From NCBI GenBank assembly GCA_964385825.1, contig CAYLPX010000003.1, positions 37,559-101,558 of the forward strand: a DNA stretch of 64,000 nt, in the 5' to 3' direction. The stretch's first letter is position 1, and every line of letters starts with the position of its first letter. Made by a program: the position numbers and the translations under genes. Positions 26,703 through 35,981 of the stretch are shown piece by piece. The notes below the pieces were generated by a model. It was not told the DNA's origin. It did not search any database and saw only the letters and a program-made list of their open reading frames with translations. This stretch comes from an uncultured Candidatus Saccharibacteria bacterium. Its GTDB lineage: Bacteria > Patescibacteriota > Minisyncoccia > Phycocordibacterales > JAKFXT01.

Positions 26703-27737
26703 CTACGGAGCCTCCACAATGCATACCTCTTCTTCTAATTGCACTCCACTTTTTTCAAACACCAATTGTTTAATATTATTTTTCAACTGCACTACATCAC
26801 TTCCACTTGCACCTTCTTTTGTTACTAGAACTAGCGCCTGCTTCTCCCACACAAAGGCTCCCCCAAGCGAAATACCTTTAAGATTAGCCACTTTATCTAT
26901 TAGATACGCAGCTGACACCTTCACCGTATCCTCCCCCTCCTTCCAGAGCGGTAAGTCATGATACTTTTCTTTTAAAGCTTCCGCTCGCTCCTTACTTATA
27001 ATTGGATTCTTAAAAAAGGACCCAGCTGTTCCATACTCACCAATAGACGGGAGCTTGCTGTTACGTACTGCAATCACCGCGCTACGAACCATAGAAGCAT
27101 TCATAGATACTATGTCCACATAATGACTATGTATATAAGTAATAAGATCAGGATAAGTAACTTCTACTGATTGCTCCTTCAAAAAACAAAATGTAACACT
27201 AAGCACTATTAAATTTTTTCCCTCTTCCTTTTTAAAGATACTACTTCTATATCCAAATAAGCACGACAATGCTGGTAACACCTTCACCGTGTTACTGTTG
27301 CAATCAAACACCGTAACCTCTTTCACGAAATCCTTGAGTTCCCTGCCATAGGCTCCAATGTTCTGCACTACTGCCCCTCCCACTGTTCCTGGAATAAGCG
27401 AAAGATTTTCGAGGCCCACAACACCTCTCTCCACTGTATCTGCCACAACCTCATCCCATAGTTCCCCTGCACATGCAGTGAGTAGCACCCCCTCTTCGCA
27501 CTCTATATAAGTTTTACCCCGTAATACTATATGGATAACAAGCCCCCTAAACCCAGAGTCCAAGAACAAAGTATTAGATCCCCCTCCCAGCACATGAACC
27601 TGGAGTCCCTGTTCCTGGCTGTAAACTAGCGCTTCTTTAAGTTCTTCTATAGTTCGAACTTCTACAAAAAAATCCGCCATTCCTCCAACCCTAAGAGTTG
27701 CATAGGAAGAAAGTGGAACATTGGTGAGTATCTTCAT
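26703..27737 (-). CDS. murB: UDP-N-acetylenolpyruvoylglucosamine reductase
   Basis: FAD-binding N-terminus (LRVGGMADFF...LGGGSNTLF) and MurB C-terminal domain. Start placed at Met 27737 (MKILTNV...). The ORF-track start at 27893 adds 52 non-conserved residues. Confidence 0.75.
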   Translation of the reverse strand: MKILTNVPLSSYATLRVGGMADFFVEVRTIEELKEALVYSQEQGLQVHVLGGGSNTLFLDSGFRGLVIHIVLRGKTYIECEEGVLLTACAGELWDEVVADTVERGVVGLENLSLIPGTVGGAVVQNIGAYGRELKDFVKEVTVFDCNSNTVKVLPALSCLFGYRSSIFKKEEGKNLIVLSVTFCFLKEQSVEVTYPDLITYIHSHYVDIVSMNASMVRSAVIAVRNSKLPSIGEYGTAGSFFKNPIISKERAEALKEKYHDLPLWKEGEDTVKVSAAYLIDKVANLKGISLGGAFVWEKQALVLVTKEGASGSDVVQLKNNIKQLVFEKSGVQLEEEVCIVEAP

Positions 27738-27910
27738 AAGAAAATGAGGTACTGCCCATATATGGCCCCCGGGTGCTAGCTCCAAAACAAATGTCTTATG
27801 TGAGTGCAGCCGGAGGCCGTATATATGCACTACCTCGTCTATAAGTATAACAGAATAAGAAAAATGAGAACTAGTGCGAAAGTTACTTGGCATGATAACT
27901 AACTAACAGG

Positions 27911-27936
27911 CACGAAAATGCCCCCTTACGGGGGCG
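27911..27936 (-). terminator. Rho-independent terminator downstream of the ligase/TPR gene
   Basis: gcccccttacgggggc: perfect 6-bp GC stem with a tetraloop, followed on the minus strand by ATTTTCGTG. Confidence 0.5.
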
Positions 27937-28029
27937 CTTTCGCAGACATTCGTTAGGTACCAACAACTTTGTTAGCACTCACAAGAAGGAGTATAGCAAG
28001 TTTTGCTTAAAAGTCAAGCTTATAAGCTA

Positions 28030-30216
28030 CTAAAGCTTCCCCCCAGCTCTAAGCGTATCTGCTGCTTTTTGATACTGAGCAGAAGTTGCAGGGTTAGTCT
28101 CAATTTTAGCCGCCGCCACGAACTCAACTATAGCCTGTACTGTATTTCCTGTTTGGTAATACGCAGAAGCTAAGCCTGCACGTGTACGCGCATCAGTTGG
28201 ATTCTGCTTAACCTTTTCCTGCCAAATATCAACCACCTCACTGAAATGCTTTGTTTGGAAATACGCCTGTGTAAGACGGTCGTCCACCGGTGTTGCTCCA
28301 TTTAGTCCACCTTTAAGTACACTCTTAGCCTGATCAACATCCCCTGCATAGATAAAGCCAATAGCATAAAGGGTTCTTGCTTCATCGTTTTCTGGTGCCA
28401 AATCAAGTGCTTGTTTTAGGTAGGTAAGCGCTTCATTAAACTTACCAGCATTTTCGTATGTTGAGGCGAGCTCATAGAGAATCATTTGTTTTTGCGGAGA
28501 AAGTTCAAGAGCCTTAGTTAATTGTGTAATAGCATTATTAGTGTCGCCATAAGAAGCAAGCATTGCCCCATAAAACAGACGGTGACGAGCGTCATTCGGT
28601 GCTTCTGTAACCATAATGTCATATTCTCGCTTAGCCAAATCAAAGTAAGCTTGCTTCTCTTTAATATCTACCGACGTTTGATACCGAAGGTTGTACACTG
28701 TCTGCATCAACTGTTCACGGATTTCTTGGTCGCCAAAACTATGATGCGCTAAAGCACTTTCAAAATACCCCTTGGCTTCAACTGGATTCTTTACATTACT
28801 TAATGCAGAAATGAGTTCAGTATTTGCTGCATAAGCCTTGCCATTAACTGCATAAATTGTAATCAATGCTAAAACTACAATGAGTGGGGCTATAACTCCA
28901 TTCACTCTACTTTCACTCGCTGTTAAGAATGAAGACATACTGCGAATCTTGGTACTAAATGGGCGCGCCACATCAAAGTGTAGATACGCGAGGAACAACG
29001 TAAAGAATAGATAACTTACTAAGTTATCAAACACGAAGATATTATGGAATAAGTACGCCAAGAAAAGCCCGGTAATTAGAGAACGCTCAACAAAGGTAAG
29101 GTCTCCATGCTTCCAGATTGCATATAGTCCAAGACCAAAAAGAGAAAGATACGAGAGGAGGCCGAAAATACCGCCAGCAATCAACCAATCTAGAAATACA
29201 TCATGAGTGCGGTCAAACCATGGCTCCTTGTTATACATTTCTGGAGCGTAATATTTATTGAAGACATAGTTAAAATTCTCCTGCCCCCATCCAAATAGTG
29301 GCTTTTCCTTAAATCCCTTAAGCGCCATAGGCCACACATACCCGCGAGACTGCGTTTGACTCTCACTCCAAGAAATAGTAGCGAAACGCTGCAGTACAGG
29401 ACTCTTTTGCACAAATGAAGAATCTTTAATAACAATAAACCCACCGATCAAGAGAAGTATTCCTGCTACCAGTCCGATTGAGAGTTTACGTAACCCTTTT
29501 GTTTCTTTACCAAAAAGCGCAATGAGGAGCGCAGTTGCTAGTAATCCTCCCAATAAACCGAGGATGGCTCCACGAGTTGCTGTGTGGTACAGAACAATTA
29601 ACTGCCCAACTACTAACAAGCCATATGTCCATTTCAGGATAAGATCAGTCTCACGACGAGCAATGAAAATGAGGGCAATGAAAATATGAAATACGAGGTA
29701 AATAGCTAAATAGGTTGCGTTTCCAAGGGTTCCATCAACACGTACTCCTCCTTGGTTAATAGTTAGTTTGCCAGCTAACTGCAAGAAACTATAAAAAACC
29801 ATTATAAAGCTTACAAACAATGAGGTTTGAAATAGTGCATTCCAAAGTTTGCGTGTCTGAAGCACACTCCCAAGAACTATAAAGTAAGCGAACAGGTGGA
29901 GCATGGTTATATATCCCTCCATGCGTTCAAAGTTACTCCAAAAACTCTTGTAGGGATTTTCAGCAAAAATAGTTGCGACCCCCATAACCACAAGGAAACC
30001 AAAGAAGGCACCAAAAATACTTGAGTACTTTGGCCGATAGTCACTATCTCGAAGTGCAAGTATTGCCCAGAGAGCAAAAATAATCTCAACCAGTACACGG
30101 AATGCAAAATTCTTTCCAGTAATGAACGGAAAGAACATATTACTGGCTACATAAAGCGGAATAAACGGGATGATAAAGACACCAGTTAATATAAGGGATC
30201 GCAGTGTGCTGTTCAT
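28030..30216 (-). CDS. O-antigen ligase/polymerase-like (Wzy_C) polytopic membrane protein fused to C-terminal TPR repeats
   Basis: About 12 TM helices with the Wzy_C-like segment (LYHTATRGAILGLLGGLL). About 300-aa C-terminal periplasmic TPR array (multiple A..Y..G/ L..A...P repeats). Confidence 0.6.
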   Translation of the reverse strand: MNSTLRSLILTGVFIIPFIPLYVASNMFFPFITGKNFAFRVLVEIIFALWAILALRDSDYRPKYSSIFGAFFGFLVVMGVATIFAENPYKSFWSNFERMEGYITMLHLFAYFIVLGSVLQTRKLWNALFQTSLFVSFIMVFYSFLQLAGKLTINQGGVRVDGTLGNATYLAIYLVFHIFIALIFIARRETDLILKWTYGLLVVGQLIVLYHTATRGAILGLLGGLLATALLIALFGKETKGLRKLSIGLVAGILLLIGGFIVIKDSSFVQKSPVLQRFATISWSESQTQSRGYVWPMALKGFKEKPLFGWGQENFNYVFNKYYAPEMYNKEPWFDRTHDVFLDWLIAGGIFGLLSYLSLFGLGLYAIWKHGDLTFVERSLITGLFLAYLFHNIFVFDNLVSYLFFTLFLAYLHFDVARPFSTKIRSMSSFLTASESRVNGVIAPLIVVLALITIYAVNGKAYAANTELISALSNVKNPVEAKGYFESALAHHSFGDQEIREQLMQTVYNLRYQTSVDIKEKQAYFDLAKREYDIMVTEAPNDARHRLFYGAMLASYGDTNNAITQLTKALELSPQKQMILYELASTYENAGKFNEALTYLKQALDLAPENDEARTLYAIGFIYAGDVDQAKSVLKGGLNGATPVDDRLTQAYFQTKHFSEVVDIWQEKVKQNPTDARTRAGLASAYYQTGNTVQAIVEFVAAAKIETNPATSAQYQKAADTLRAGGKL

Positions 30217-30320
30217 AGCAAAAAATGGTTAAAAAACGGTTGTTTCTGTGGGCACACTATAGCATTCTCCCCCCATGCCTAGCAAAGTAACCTACTCTCC
30301 CGTACTATAGTTATATTCCT

Positions 30321-31568
30321 ATGACTTCAAAACAGTGGTTTACTAGCCTCCTGCGCAAAAGTGAGTCTATATTCAAAACCGACATGGTATACGCCACTTC
30401 AGGTGGCTTTTGGCTTACGTTTGGGCAAATTTTTACCAACGTTTTCTCCCTCGCTCTTTCGATTGCCTTTGCAAACCTTATTTCAAAAGAAGACTACGGA
30501 ACCTATCGCTACATCCTTTCTGTTGCTGGGATTATTGGCTCCTTCTCCTTAAGTGGCCTTTCAACGGCAGTAACACGGGCTGCTGCCAAAGGTGTACATG
30601 GCGGCTTAAAACAAGCTTTCATAGCCAATATGAAATATGGCTTTATCCTCTCCCTCGCCATGTTTATGGGGGCCCTCTACTACTACCTACAGGGCAATAT
30701 TACATTAGCGCTCGGATTGCTGTTTGCAGGAACACTCTCACCACTTGCTGATAGCGGCGAATTGTTCAATGCATTTTTAAATGGAACTAAGGAATTTAAA
30801 AAGGGAGCCTTCTATAGGATTGTTAGAGCTTTAACCAACTCTTCGCTTTTAATCGCAACTATTTTTATTTTTCCGAACCCGATTGCTCTTAGTTTTGTTT
30901 ATTTTGCTGGCAACGCTGGCACAGCTTACCTTCTCTATCGTTATACCTTAAAACACAGTGTCCACAACAACACCCAGGATCCAGACATGCGCCAAGTGGG
31001 TATCCATGTGAGTATCACCAACGCCCTTGCTGCCTTTGTTGATCAAATCGACGAAATCCTTGTCTTCCATTACTTAGGTGCCGCCCAACTCGCTATCTAT
31101 ACCTACGCCCTTATTTTTCCAAACACCATTTTAGGATTTGTAAAAAATATTAGCATTCTTGCCGTTCCAAAATTCGTGAAGATTAGTCTTGCTGAAGGAA
31201 GACGACATGTAAGAGAAAAGCAACTATCCCTTTTCCTCCTTAGTGCCCCAATAGCTATAGCCTACATTGTCCTAGCGCCACTATTCTTTCATACTTTTTT
31301 TCCAAAGTACGAAGCTTCAATTTTATATTCCCAAGTGTTCGCTTTAAATATTTTTATAACCGGGGTACTTATTACATCATTTTTGGACGCGCATAAAGCG
31401 ATACACGCTCGCTACTGGCTCATACTGTATTCAAATGCTTTTAAGTTAGTAGCCGTCTTTTTAGGAATATATTTCTACGGCATCTGGGGAGCAATAGCTG
31501 CGCGCATACTAGCCAAATACCTCGGAGTGGTGCTTGGATACAGAGCGATCAAGCTTGTTTCATCCTAG
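30321..31568 (+). CDS. Polysaccharide flippase (Wzx / MOP superfamily)
   Basis: 415 aa, about 12 TM helices. Sits in a polysaccharide locus, divergent from the ligase gene. Confidence 0.6.
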   Translation: MTSKQWFTSLLRKSESIFKTDMVYATSGGFWLTFGQIFTNVFSLALSIAFANLISKEDYGTYRYILSVAGIIGSFSLSGLSTAVTRAAAKGVHGGLKQAFIANMKYGFILSLAMFMGALYYYLQGNITLALGLLFAGTLSPLADSGELFNAFLNGTKEFKKGAFYRIVRALTNSSLLIATIFIFPNPIALSFVYFAGNAGTAYLLYRYTLKHSVHNNTQDPDMRQVGIHVSITNALAAFVDQIDEILVFHYLGAAQLAIYTYALIFPNTILGFVKNISILAVPKFVKISLAEGRRHVREKQLSLFLLSAPIAIAYIVLAPLFFHTFFPKYEASILYSQVFALNIFITGVLITSFLDAHKAIHARYWLILYSNAFKLVAVFLGIYFYGIWGAIAARILAKYLGVVLGYRAIKLVSS

Positions 31569-31641
31569 TCTTTGAATATTACGTGTAAGAAAAGAGATTA
31601 GTCTTATAACTACAGACTCTTAATACTTGAGACGGAGTTTT

Positions 31642-32445
31642 TTACTTCTTCACTGCAACACAGGCATAACCCAAACTAAAGTTTTTTTGCCAATCAAGTT
31701 TATCGAGATAAAAACAGAGAAATGGGATGTAGTACCCAAGGATTAACTGGAACACTATATAAAAAGGAATAAGCACGAAGGAAAGCGGTGTATAACGGAA
31801 CTTCGGCTTAAAATGTATTCCCCTTTTAAATCCAGTGAAAGCATGTTGATAGAACAAATATGAAGGAAGGAGCGAGCTAATTTTACCAAGCACCCAGAAT
31901 ACCCCACCCCGCGGACTTATGCTCTCAACAGTGAGTCCCGCATGTTCAAAAAGTGAACGCAATCCATACGGAGTAAAAAAGAAAAAATTGTACGGCGCGC
32001 CATGCACATGTGAAATTTGTGGAGTAGTGAGATACAAAGTCCCCCCCACCTTCAACACTCGAGCCATTTCACTCACCACTTTCTGTGGGAACTCCACATG
32101 TTCAAGCACCTGTGTATTTACAATGACATCGTATTGATTATCAGGAAGCGGGATATCATCCAAGCTACAGGTAAAAGTGTGCTTTCCCTTACTTTCACTG
32201 TCAAAAATATCTTCGAAATCTGTCGACTCATAGCGTGTAAAATCAAGCGCATGCTTATAGCGAAACGATCCAGCACCAGCATCAAGAAGACGGTCACTTT
32301 TCTTAAGGCGTGGCACCAAATCATTAAATACAAATTGATCAATACCAAACCGTTCCGGGTCTGCCCTGTCCTTTACAAAGCGTGGAGTAATAAGGTCCGG
32401 TAAGCGAATAAGAAACTCGTATCCTTTCAGTAAAAAGTTATGCAT
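31642..32445 (-). CDS. Class I SAM-dependent methyltransferase
   Basis: Motif I LLDAGAGS and post-I acidic residue. VLEHVEFP...LKVGGTLYL as in Methyltransf_11. Start set at Met 32445, overlapping the upstream stop (ATGCATAA). Confidence 0.6.
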   Translation of the reverse strand: MHNFLLKGYEFLIRLPDLITPRFVKDRADPERFGIDQFVFNDLVPRLKKSDRLLDAGAGSFRYKHALDFTRYESTDFEDIFDSESKGKHTFTCSLDDIPLPDNQYDVIVNTQVLEHVEFPQKVVSEMARVLKVGGTLYLTTPQISHVHGAPYNFFFFTPYGLRSLFEHAGLTVESISPRGGVFWVLGKISSLLPSYLFYQHAFTGFKRGIHFKPKFRYTPLSFVLIPFYIVFQLILGYYIPFLCFYLDKLDWQKNFSLGYACVAVKK

Positions 32446-33277
32446 GCGGTTCTTTAAAATGAGTATTAATAAATGATCGGATACGGCGTTTCCAAATACT
32501 CTCCTGCACACTCTCCAAATCAAAAAGAGGTTCTTTCATTTCCCCAATAAGATTCACAAAATAGCGAGGGATGGAGGTTACTTCACGCGGGGTTACACCA
32601 TGAACTGAATCAAGATGGTTTACAAACAATACAAAAACATTCCGTTTGTAAGGCACTGTTTCAACTACTTCTACATACCTATCGCTTATGCCCTGACCAA
32701 AAAATAACCTATTCTTTTTATCCTTATAACGAAATACTTGCAAGTTTCCTCCCACTGTTTCATCCCCCTCGGGACGTAAATAAAAAAGAGCTCCGTAAAG
32801 TTTCTTTGGATCATCAACATGAGCCTCGCGTACACTTGAGGATTTCTTTACAACTGGTGTATTGATAGAGATATGCGCATCAAGAAGTATTGTTTTGGTA
32901 TCAAAGGTATCCAAATACCGGTGTCCCACCTTCCATTCCTCTAACTTTCCAAACTTATTCTGAAGATCGGGATACAGTTTTTCAATTGAAGGTTTAAAAA
33001 GTGACACAAACTGTTGCCAAAATTCCGGGCTCGCCTGCTTCTCTATAAAAGATTTCCAAAGTGGTGAGACACCACCCTGCTTTGCAATATCGGCCACCGT
33101 GTAATCAAAACGTTTATTGTTTCCAAGGGGTTGATGATGGGTGAGCGTTTCAACTGACGGCATCTCACGTACTAACTGATCACAAAACTCGGGAGAGACT
33201 GCATCAGTAATAACTATATACGGATATGGATCAGTGCGTATATCTGTAACTTTCGCTTTTGCCAATAATGTTTCCAT
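32438..33277 (-). CDS. Putative Fe(II)/2-oxoglutarate-dependent oxygenase
   Basis: HxD (AHVDDP) ... distal His (SVHGV) ... Arg-x-Ser-like (REVTSIPR) spacing typical of the 2OG-Fe(II) oxygenase fold. Confidence 0.4.
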   Translation of the reverse strand: METLLAKAKVTDIRTDPYPYIVITDAVSPEFCDQLVREMPSVETLTHHQPLGNNKRFDYTVADIAKQGGVSPLWKSFIEKQASPEFWQQFVSLFKPSIEKLYPDLQNKFGKLEEWKVGHRYLDTFDTKTILLDAHISINTPVVKKSSSVREAHVDDPKKLYGALFYLRPEGDETVGGNLQVFRYKDKKNRLFFGQGISDRYVEVVETVPYKRNVFVLFVNHLDSVHGVTPREVTSIPRYFVNLIGEMKEPLFDLESVQESIWKRRIRSFINTHFKEPHA

Positions 33278-33373
33278 GAGAAATATCCTACTATACTCTC
33301 ACCATTACCACAAAAATGGCATTATAATCTCCCTTCTTTTTTGTTCCTGAAAACAAAACCATACCCATACACC

Positions 33374-34855
33374 CTACGCTTTAAAAAGGCCTTCTGTTTC
33401 GCCTATGGTAGTTAACGCTTGTAATAAACTTTTTGCTTCAAGAGGTAACAGTCTATTCCTGTGTTTCTCTAGCTCTTCCTTTGGAGTATTACTTATTTCT
33501 ATAAGAGTACTGCAGGAAATATCTGCAGTTACTAGTGTTGCCAAATCATTTTTATACATACCCTCCCCATAATCAGAACTAGTTTTTATTATGGCAACTG
33601 GTAAACCCTTAAGTACTGCGTCATAAAGAAAGGTGGAATAAACTCCACAAACCACATCCGCCTTCAAAAATGCCTCCTTAGTATTGGAAAGTACTCTAAA
33701 ACGTGGGTGTGAGAAATTGTGTAGATCATATTCACGTAGCTGTACTATGTCTTCCATATCAGCTCGTGTTTTAAACATAACTGAAACAGTGGGGCACTCC
33801 AGCACATGCAAAATCCACGCAGTCACTTCCCCCTTAGGAGCATCTGTCTCATAAGGAATAAGTACCTGTACCTGATCACTCTTTTCTTTAACTATTAAAG
33901 CATTATCCTGCAGAACTTCTTTGTAACCAGAAACCATAACAGACTCTTCTTTAAATAGACTATCAAGACGCGCCAATTCTTCCTTCCAGTACTCTGACCA
34001 AACTAGAGCCCTAAAAGGAGTAATACTTTTACCTTCAAATATCGGCTGCTTTAAAAAACCTCGTTGATACTTGGTAATATGTCCATGCTGAAGGCTGTAG
34101 TAGTGTATATCGAGCTCTTTCGCACTAAGCATTAGTTCGTGATAATACCGATACTCATCGATTGCAAAAACAACTTTAGTGCGTAAAACTTTTAAAACCA
34201 ATGTGAGTAAAGCAACTTTTCTCGGAAAAAAAGAAACTCTTTGCAACATACGGCGTACGCAATGCTTTGCAAATTCTCTCTCAAATGGTTCAAAACTTGA
34301 GAAATCAATAGTCGCCAAATCTCTAACTTTAGGGGTTACCCCGAGTACTGGCCCAAACAAAAAAAGTAAACTATCAATAGACTCAAGGAACAAACCAACT
34401 CGACCGCGAGTAAATAGTCGCCCGAATATCCCAAGTTGAGGAGTAGTATGAAATAGCTCCACATAGGGAACCTTCTTTGTAAAAAGAAATTCATAAAGCC
34501 CTTCAAGGCGAAAATCATTCTGATAAGTACTACTACTTATTCTATCCATTGAATAAACAAGTGTTCGTTTATTAGTGAGCCTTGCATACGAAAGACTAAG
34601 TGGTAGGTAGAGAACCATACACACTCGGACAATGAGAATTTTAATACCAATGATCAATGAATCCTGCTTTGTCGTAAAGGTTTTAGTTTTACTAAATTTT
34701 TTTACATCCTCAAAAATCATTTGCTCACAAACCTCAGCAAGATTGTAGCCACCATAAAAATATGCATTGGAAAGTGGTTTTGCATTGACGGTGAGTTTGT
34801 GGAGACGTTCCATGAACTCTACGGCATAGGGATAATCAATGTACACTTCTTTCAT
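33374..34855 (-). CDS. Putative CDP-glycerol glycerophosphotransferase-like (TagF/TagB family) polyol-phosphate/capsule transferase
   Basis: C-terminal region resembles the TagF core (QVLIPYETDAP; ADVVCGVYSTFLYDAVLKGLPVAII...DYGEGMY vs ILITDYSSVFFDFALLNKPIIFY...EEYRGFY). Start placed at Met 34855. Confidence 0.4.
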   Translation of the reverse strand: MKEVYIDYPYAVEFMERLHKLTVNAKPLSNAYFYGGYNLAEVCEQMIFEDVKKFSKTKTFTTKQDSLIIGIKILIVRVCMVLYLPLSLSYARLTNKRTLVYSMDRISSSTYQNDFRLEGLYEFLFTKKVPYVELFHTTPQLGIFGRLFTRGRVGLFLESIDSLLFLFGPVLGVTPKVRDLATIDFSSFEPFEREFAKHCVRRMLQRVSFFPRKVALLTLVLKVLRTKVVFAIDEYRYYHELMLSAKELDIHYYSLQHGHITKYQRGFLKQPIFEGKSITPFRALVWSEYWKEELARLDSLFKEESVMVSGYKEVLQDNALIVKEKSDQVQVLIPYETDAPKGEVTAWILHVLECPTVSVMFKTRADMEDIVQLREYDLHNFSHPRFRVLSNTKEAFLKADVVCGVYSTFLYDAVLKGLPVAIIKTSSDYGEGMYKNDLATLVTADISCSTLIEISNTPKEELEKHRNRLLPLEAKSLLQALTTIGETEGLFKA

Positions 34856-34868
34856 AGTAGGAATACTT

Positions 34869-35903
34869 TTAAAGAACCGAAGGAATAATATGATGCATAT
34901 GAATAACCCCAATAAGTTCCCCCTTAGGAGTAGTTACAAAAAGACTCATCACTTTTTTATCACGCTCCATTTCAGCTAGTGCCTCCTTTAATGTCGCATC
35001 CTTGCTGATTACCTTTGGTTGTTTGGTCATTATGGTGTTAATACTGCGCACAGTTAAATCCGCACCCTCTATAACTGCTCGACGAACATCTCCATCGGTA
35101 AGTACTCCTAAAAGCTTGTTGGTCTTTGATACTACAGCCACTATTCCCTGCTTCTTTTGTGAAAGCTCAAGAAGTGCTTCTTTACATGAGGCCTTTTCAT
35201 ACACCTTAGGAATATCTTCCCCCACCTTCATAACCGCTTCCACTTTTTCAAGCTGAAGGCCGAGAGATCCTGCTGGATGAAGTTTGGCAAAAGCCTTATG
35301 AGTAAAAGTTTTAGGATCAACGAGGGATGAAGCTAGCGCATCGGCAACAATAAGCGCGAGTGTAGTTGAAGCCATGGGAGCTAATTCATGGGTACTCCCC
35401 TCATTACTTATGGGAGTTAAAATTGCAATATCAGATATCTTGGCAAGCAAACTTGTTCCCCTCCCCGTCACCGCAATTATCTTAGCCTTTGTTTCTTTTT
35501 TAATATGGCGAAGGGTTTTTAAAAGTTCTACGGTTTCTCCAGAATAGGAAAAAGCAATAATTACATCATTATCAGCCACTACCCCTACATCCCCATGAAG
35601 GGCGTCAGTGGGGCTCAGTACGAAGGCTCGCTTTCCAAGGCTGGTCAGTGTTGCAGCACACTTCGCAGCAATAAAACCAGATTTCCCCACTCCCGTTGTA
35701 ATAACAAGTCCTGAACTACTCCCGATCAGTAAAGAAGCGGCCAAAATACTTTCTTTGCTTTCCCTATAAACCCTGGGTAGACTTTTCTCCGCCGCGTCAA
35801 AAACCCGCTTTATACGGGCTTTTGCGGAGTCCTTAGACCCCCCTTTCCTGGTCGTAGTAGGCATTATAGTTGGGTAAAAATTGCTTGTAAGTAATGCTAC
35901 CAC
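34869..35903 (-). CDS. kpsF: KpsF/GutQ-family sugar-phosphate isomerase (arabinose-5-phosphate isomerase-like; SIS + tandem CBS)
   Basis: SIS domain (GVGKSGFIAAKCAATLTSLG, SYSGET) followed by two CBS motifs. Confidence 0.75.
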   Translation of the reverse strand: MVALLTSNFYPTIMPTTTRKGGSKDSAKARIKRVFDAAEKSLPRVYRESKESILAASLLIGSSSGLVITTGVGKSGFIAAKCAATLTSLGKRAFVLSPTDALHGDVGVVADNDVIIAFSYSGETVELLKTLRHIKKETKAKIIAVTGRGTSLLAKISDIAILTPISNEGSTHELAPMASTTLALIVADALASSLVDPKTFTHKAFAKLHPAGSLGLQLEKVEAVMKVGEDIPKVYEKASCKEALLELSQKKQGIVAVVSKTNKLLGVLTDGDVRRAVIEGADLTVRSINTIMTKQPKVISKDATLKEALAEMERDKKVMSLFVTTPKGELIGVIHMHHIIPSVL

Positions 35904-35981
35904 ATAAACTATATTGGCTAAGCATAAGTGACATACTAGGGAATAGAGGAGTTAGAGAAGAAAATGATATGCTAATACTAT

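Noticed and set aside
27738-27893. 52-aa N-terminal extension of murB (also similar extensions of the VOC gene at 23150-23200 and of several methyltransferases)
   Set aside because: Extensions are non-conserved in the respective families and create overlaps with upstream genes. Internal Met codons give canonical family N-termini.
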